This document shows positions 61,020-64,000 of a stretch of DNA of 64,000 nucleotides, piece after piece (position 1 is the stretch's first letter; every line of letters begins with the position of its first letter). The translations under genes were made by a program, and so were the position numbers. Below the pieces are notes generated by a model. That model was not told the origin of the DNA. It was given only the letters and a program-made list of their open reading frames with translations, and made no database searches. The stretch is from Mobula birostris (taxonomy: Eukaryota), in contig NC_092379.1 of the NCBI RefSeq assembly GCF_030028105.1, forward strand, positions 20,003,309-20,067,308, read 5' to 3'.

Positions 61020-62380
61020 ATCTTTCTTTATCAATCTCTTTATTGATTTAAAAAGAGCACATATACAAACAAGTGGAGAATTATCTCAAAAATATATATC
61101 TCTAACAATACAAACAGAAAGTGAAATAAACATTATCAAAATCATACATTGTATTAAGCTAATATGTAGTATATAATAAAAAAGAGGACAGCTAATTCTC
61201 CTGTTATCAGTTCATAAAGAGAGAAAAAGAAACTTTAAATTTTAATAAAAAGAAAAAAAACACTGCATTATGTGAAAAAAGGAAAAAAAAAAAAGGGGGA
61301 CTGGGCAGTCCATTCTGAGGATACGACCAAAAAAAAAGGAAAGACTTTCTGATCAAATCTAGAACTTTGAAAATAAATAATTGGAAGAGTAATAAATCAA
61401 ATCAAATGAAAATATTGAATAAAAGGTCACTAGATTTGCTCAAATTTAAAGGATCTATCTAAATGTCCGACTTCTTATTTTCTCTAAACTTAAACAGGAC
61501 ATAATGGAGGAAAGCCAATAAAAGACAGTAGGTCGATTAGAACCCTTCCACTTCAATAAAGTGGCTCTACTAGCTAATAAAGTTGAAGAGGCTATCATAC
61601 GTTGAGCGGAAACAGGAACATTTCCTGCTTCCGATGGGATAATCCCAAAGATTGCCTTAGGTAAATTAGGTTGTAGGTCCAGATCCAAGACTCTTGATAG
61701 CGTTTTAAAAACATCTGTCCAAAACTTGTCTCGCTTTATGCAAGATCAAAAGATATGAGTTCAAGTGGCCACCTCAATATTACATCTGTCACAAATAGGA
61801 TTGATGTTGGAAAAAAATCGTGCTTGTTTATCCTTTGACATATGGGCCCAATGCACTAACTTGAATGGTACCAAGGAATGGTGGGCACAAATAGATGAGT
61901 TATTAACGAAATGAAAAATTTTATTCCATTGATTATCTGAAAATGACTGTTGAAATTCCAATTCCCAAGCATGTTTAATTTTATCATTAGATATCATTGG
62001 TAAATTCAATAACTATTTATAAATGATAGCTATCAACCCTTTTTGGAGTGGTTTAAACTGAAAGAGAGCATCTGTCATATTAGGTGGATAAGCAGAAGGG
62101 TAATTTGGCAGCAAACCATGTAAAAAATTCCTAATTTGTAAATATTTAAAAAAGTGTACATTAGATAAGTCATATTTATCCACTAACTGAGAAAAAGACA
62201 TTAAACAACCTCCCAAAAACAAATCTGAAAAAGTTATTATTCCCCTGGTTTTCCAAGTTAAAAAGGCCCTATCCAAAATTGATGGTTTAAAAAAATAATT
62301 GAAGTGGATATTACTAGAAAGAACAAAATTATTTAACTCAAAAAATCTACGAAACTGAAATGTCTGTTGCAAAAATGCCA
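61020..62380 (-). mobile_element. L1 (Tx1/fish L1-like) LINE 3' part
   Basis: FFKYLQIRNF, FKLVHWAH, CDRCNIEVAT..HIF cysteine-rich C-terminus, AIFG. AATAAA and A-rich tail at about 61044-61020 on minus. Confidence 0.85.
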
Positions 62381-64000
62381 TCCCCTTCTAGCAATTCCTC
62401 CATCTCTGCCACATCTGCTCTCAGGATGAGGCCTTTCATTCCAGGAAGAAGGAGATGTCCTCCTTTTTTAAAGAAAGGGGCTTCCTTTCCTTCACCATCC
62501 ACTCTGCTCTCAAAAGCATCTCTCCCATTTCACACACATCTGCTCTCACTCCATCCTCCCGCCACCCCACAAGGAATAGGGTTCCCCTTGTCCTCACCTA
62601 CCACCCCGCCAGCCTCCGGGTCCAACATATTATTCTCCGTACTTCCACTACCTCCAACAGGATCCCACCACTAAGCACATCTTTCCCTCCCCTCTCTCTG
62701 CTTTCTGCAGGGATTGCTCCCTACGTGACTCCCTTGTCCATTCGTTCCCCCATCCCTTGCCACCGATCTCTCTCCTGGCACTTATCCTTGTATGTGGAAC
62801 AAGTGCTACACATGCCCTTACACTTCCTCCCTCACCACCATTCAGGGCCCCAGACAGTCCTTCCAGGTGAGGCGATACTTCACCTGTGAGTTGACTGGGG
62901 TGATATACTGCGTCCGGTGCTCCCGATGCGGCCTTCTATATATTGGCGAGACCTGACACAGGCTGGGAGACCATTTCACTGAACACCTACGCTCTGTCTG
63001 CCAGAGATAGCAGGATGTTCTACGAGTCTGTGATGACCAGTGCTATCATATTTGCTGTTGTGTGCTGGGGCAGCAGGCTGAGGGTGGTAGACACCAACAG
63101 AATCAACAAACTCATTCGTAAGGCCAGGGATGTGTGGGGATGGAACTGGACTCTCTCATGGTGGTGTCTGAAAAGAGGATGCTGTCTAAGTTGCATGCCA
63201 TCTTGGTCAATGTCTCCGATCCACTACATAATGTACTGGGTGAGCACAGGAGTACATTCAGCCAGAGACTCATTCCACCGAGATGCAGCACTGAGCGTCA
63301 TAGGAAGTCATTCCTGCCTGTGGCCATCAAACTTTACAACTCCCCCCTTGGAGGGTCAGACATCCTGAGCTAATAGGCTGGTCCTGGACTTATTTCATAA
63401 TTTACTGGCATAATTTACATATTACTATTTAACTATTTATGGTTCTATTACTATTTATTATTTATGGAGCAACTGTAACGAAAACCAATTTCCCCCGGGA
63501 TCAATAAAGTATGACTATGACTATGACTATGACTATCTCCCAGTGACCATACATTTTAATTCCATATCCCATTCCCATTCTGAAATGTCTATCCACAGCC
63601 TCCTCTACTGTCAAGATGAAGCCACACTCAGTTTGGAAGGACTACACCTTATATTCTGGATAGCCTCCAACCTGATGGCATGAACATTGACTTCTCTAAC
63701 TTCCGTTAATGCCCCACCTCCCCTTCGTACCCCATCTGTTATTTATTTATCTTTTATTATTATATATATATTTTTTTCTCTCTCCTTTTTCTCCCTCTGT
63801 CTCTCTCACTGTACATCTTGCCCATCCTCTGGGCTTTCCCCTCCCCCTTTCTTTCTCCCTTGGCCTCCCGTCCGTCCCATGATCCTCTCATATCCCTTCT
63901 GCCAATCAACTTTCCAGCTCTTAGCTCCATCCCTTCCCCCTCCTGTCTTCTCCTATCATTTCGGTTCTCCCCCTCCCCCTCCCATTTTCAAATCTCTTAC
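62380..64000 (+). mobile_element. Penelope-like element C-terminus (RT end plus GIY-YIG endonuclease) and terminal repeat, split by a LINE
   Basis: MSSFFKERGF...RVPLVLTYHP...C..C..C linker, VIYCVRCSRCGLLYIGET..RLGDHF.EH. The 3' sequence matches 36796-36866. Confidence 0.88.
63017..63536 (+). mobile_element. 5'-truncated Rex/Babar-type LINE inserted in Penelope
   Basis: MFYESVMTSAIIFAVVCWGS...RINKLIRKA; AATAAA plus (GACTAT)n tail. Penelope AGGAT|CTCCCAGTG rejoins across it. Confidence 0.88.

Noticed and set aside
1-64000. CRISPR arrays, rRNA/tRNA genes or prokaryotic systems
   Set aside because: No such repeats or genes seen. The DNA is eukaryotic, and most short ORFs in the track are antisense or off-frame readings of TEs.

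Overview
Eukaryotic, repeat-dense vertebrate DNA, most likely from a cartilaginous fish. A ray is inferred from the Ig type and the CR1/Penelope repeat style. Most of the window is decayed transposons: CR1, Rex/Babar, L1 and Nimb-like LINEs, Ty3/Gypsy LTR elements, hAT and Tigger DNA transposons, and Penelope. The only recognisable host gene is the 3' end of an immunoglobulin heavy-chain cluster on the minus strand (IgW-like; IgNAR not excluded). Its exon order is unusual: a terminal C exon with secretory tailpiece (60842-60429, carrying stop and frameshift lesions) is followed by two intact C exons (56505-56203, 56113-55796), a candidate separate secretory exon (55383-55055) and an intact TM exon (51875-51721). 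Downstream of the Ig gene lies an old tandem segmental duplication (about 4.1-25 kb vs 32-44 kb). It carries an unidentified non-TE gene-like relic in two copies; a third, inverted copy and an RFX/NF-Y-type promoter candidate lie in copy A only. Penelope-derived tails carry minimal hammerhead ribozyme motifs, and two of them inserted with 8-bp TSDs into the same RT motif of two different Gypsy elements. Identity values are by-eye estimates; no database search was run.
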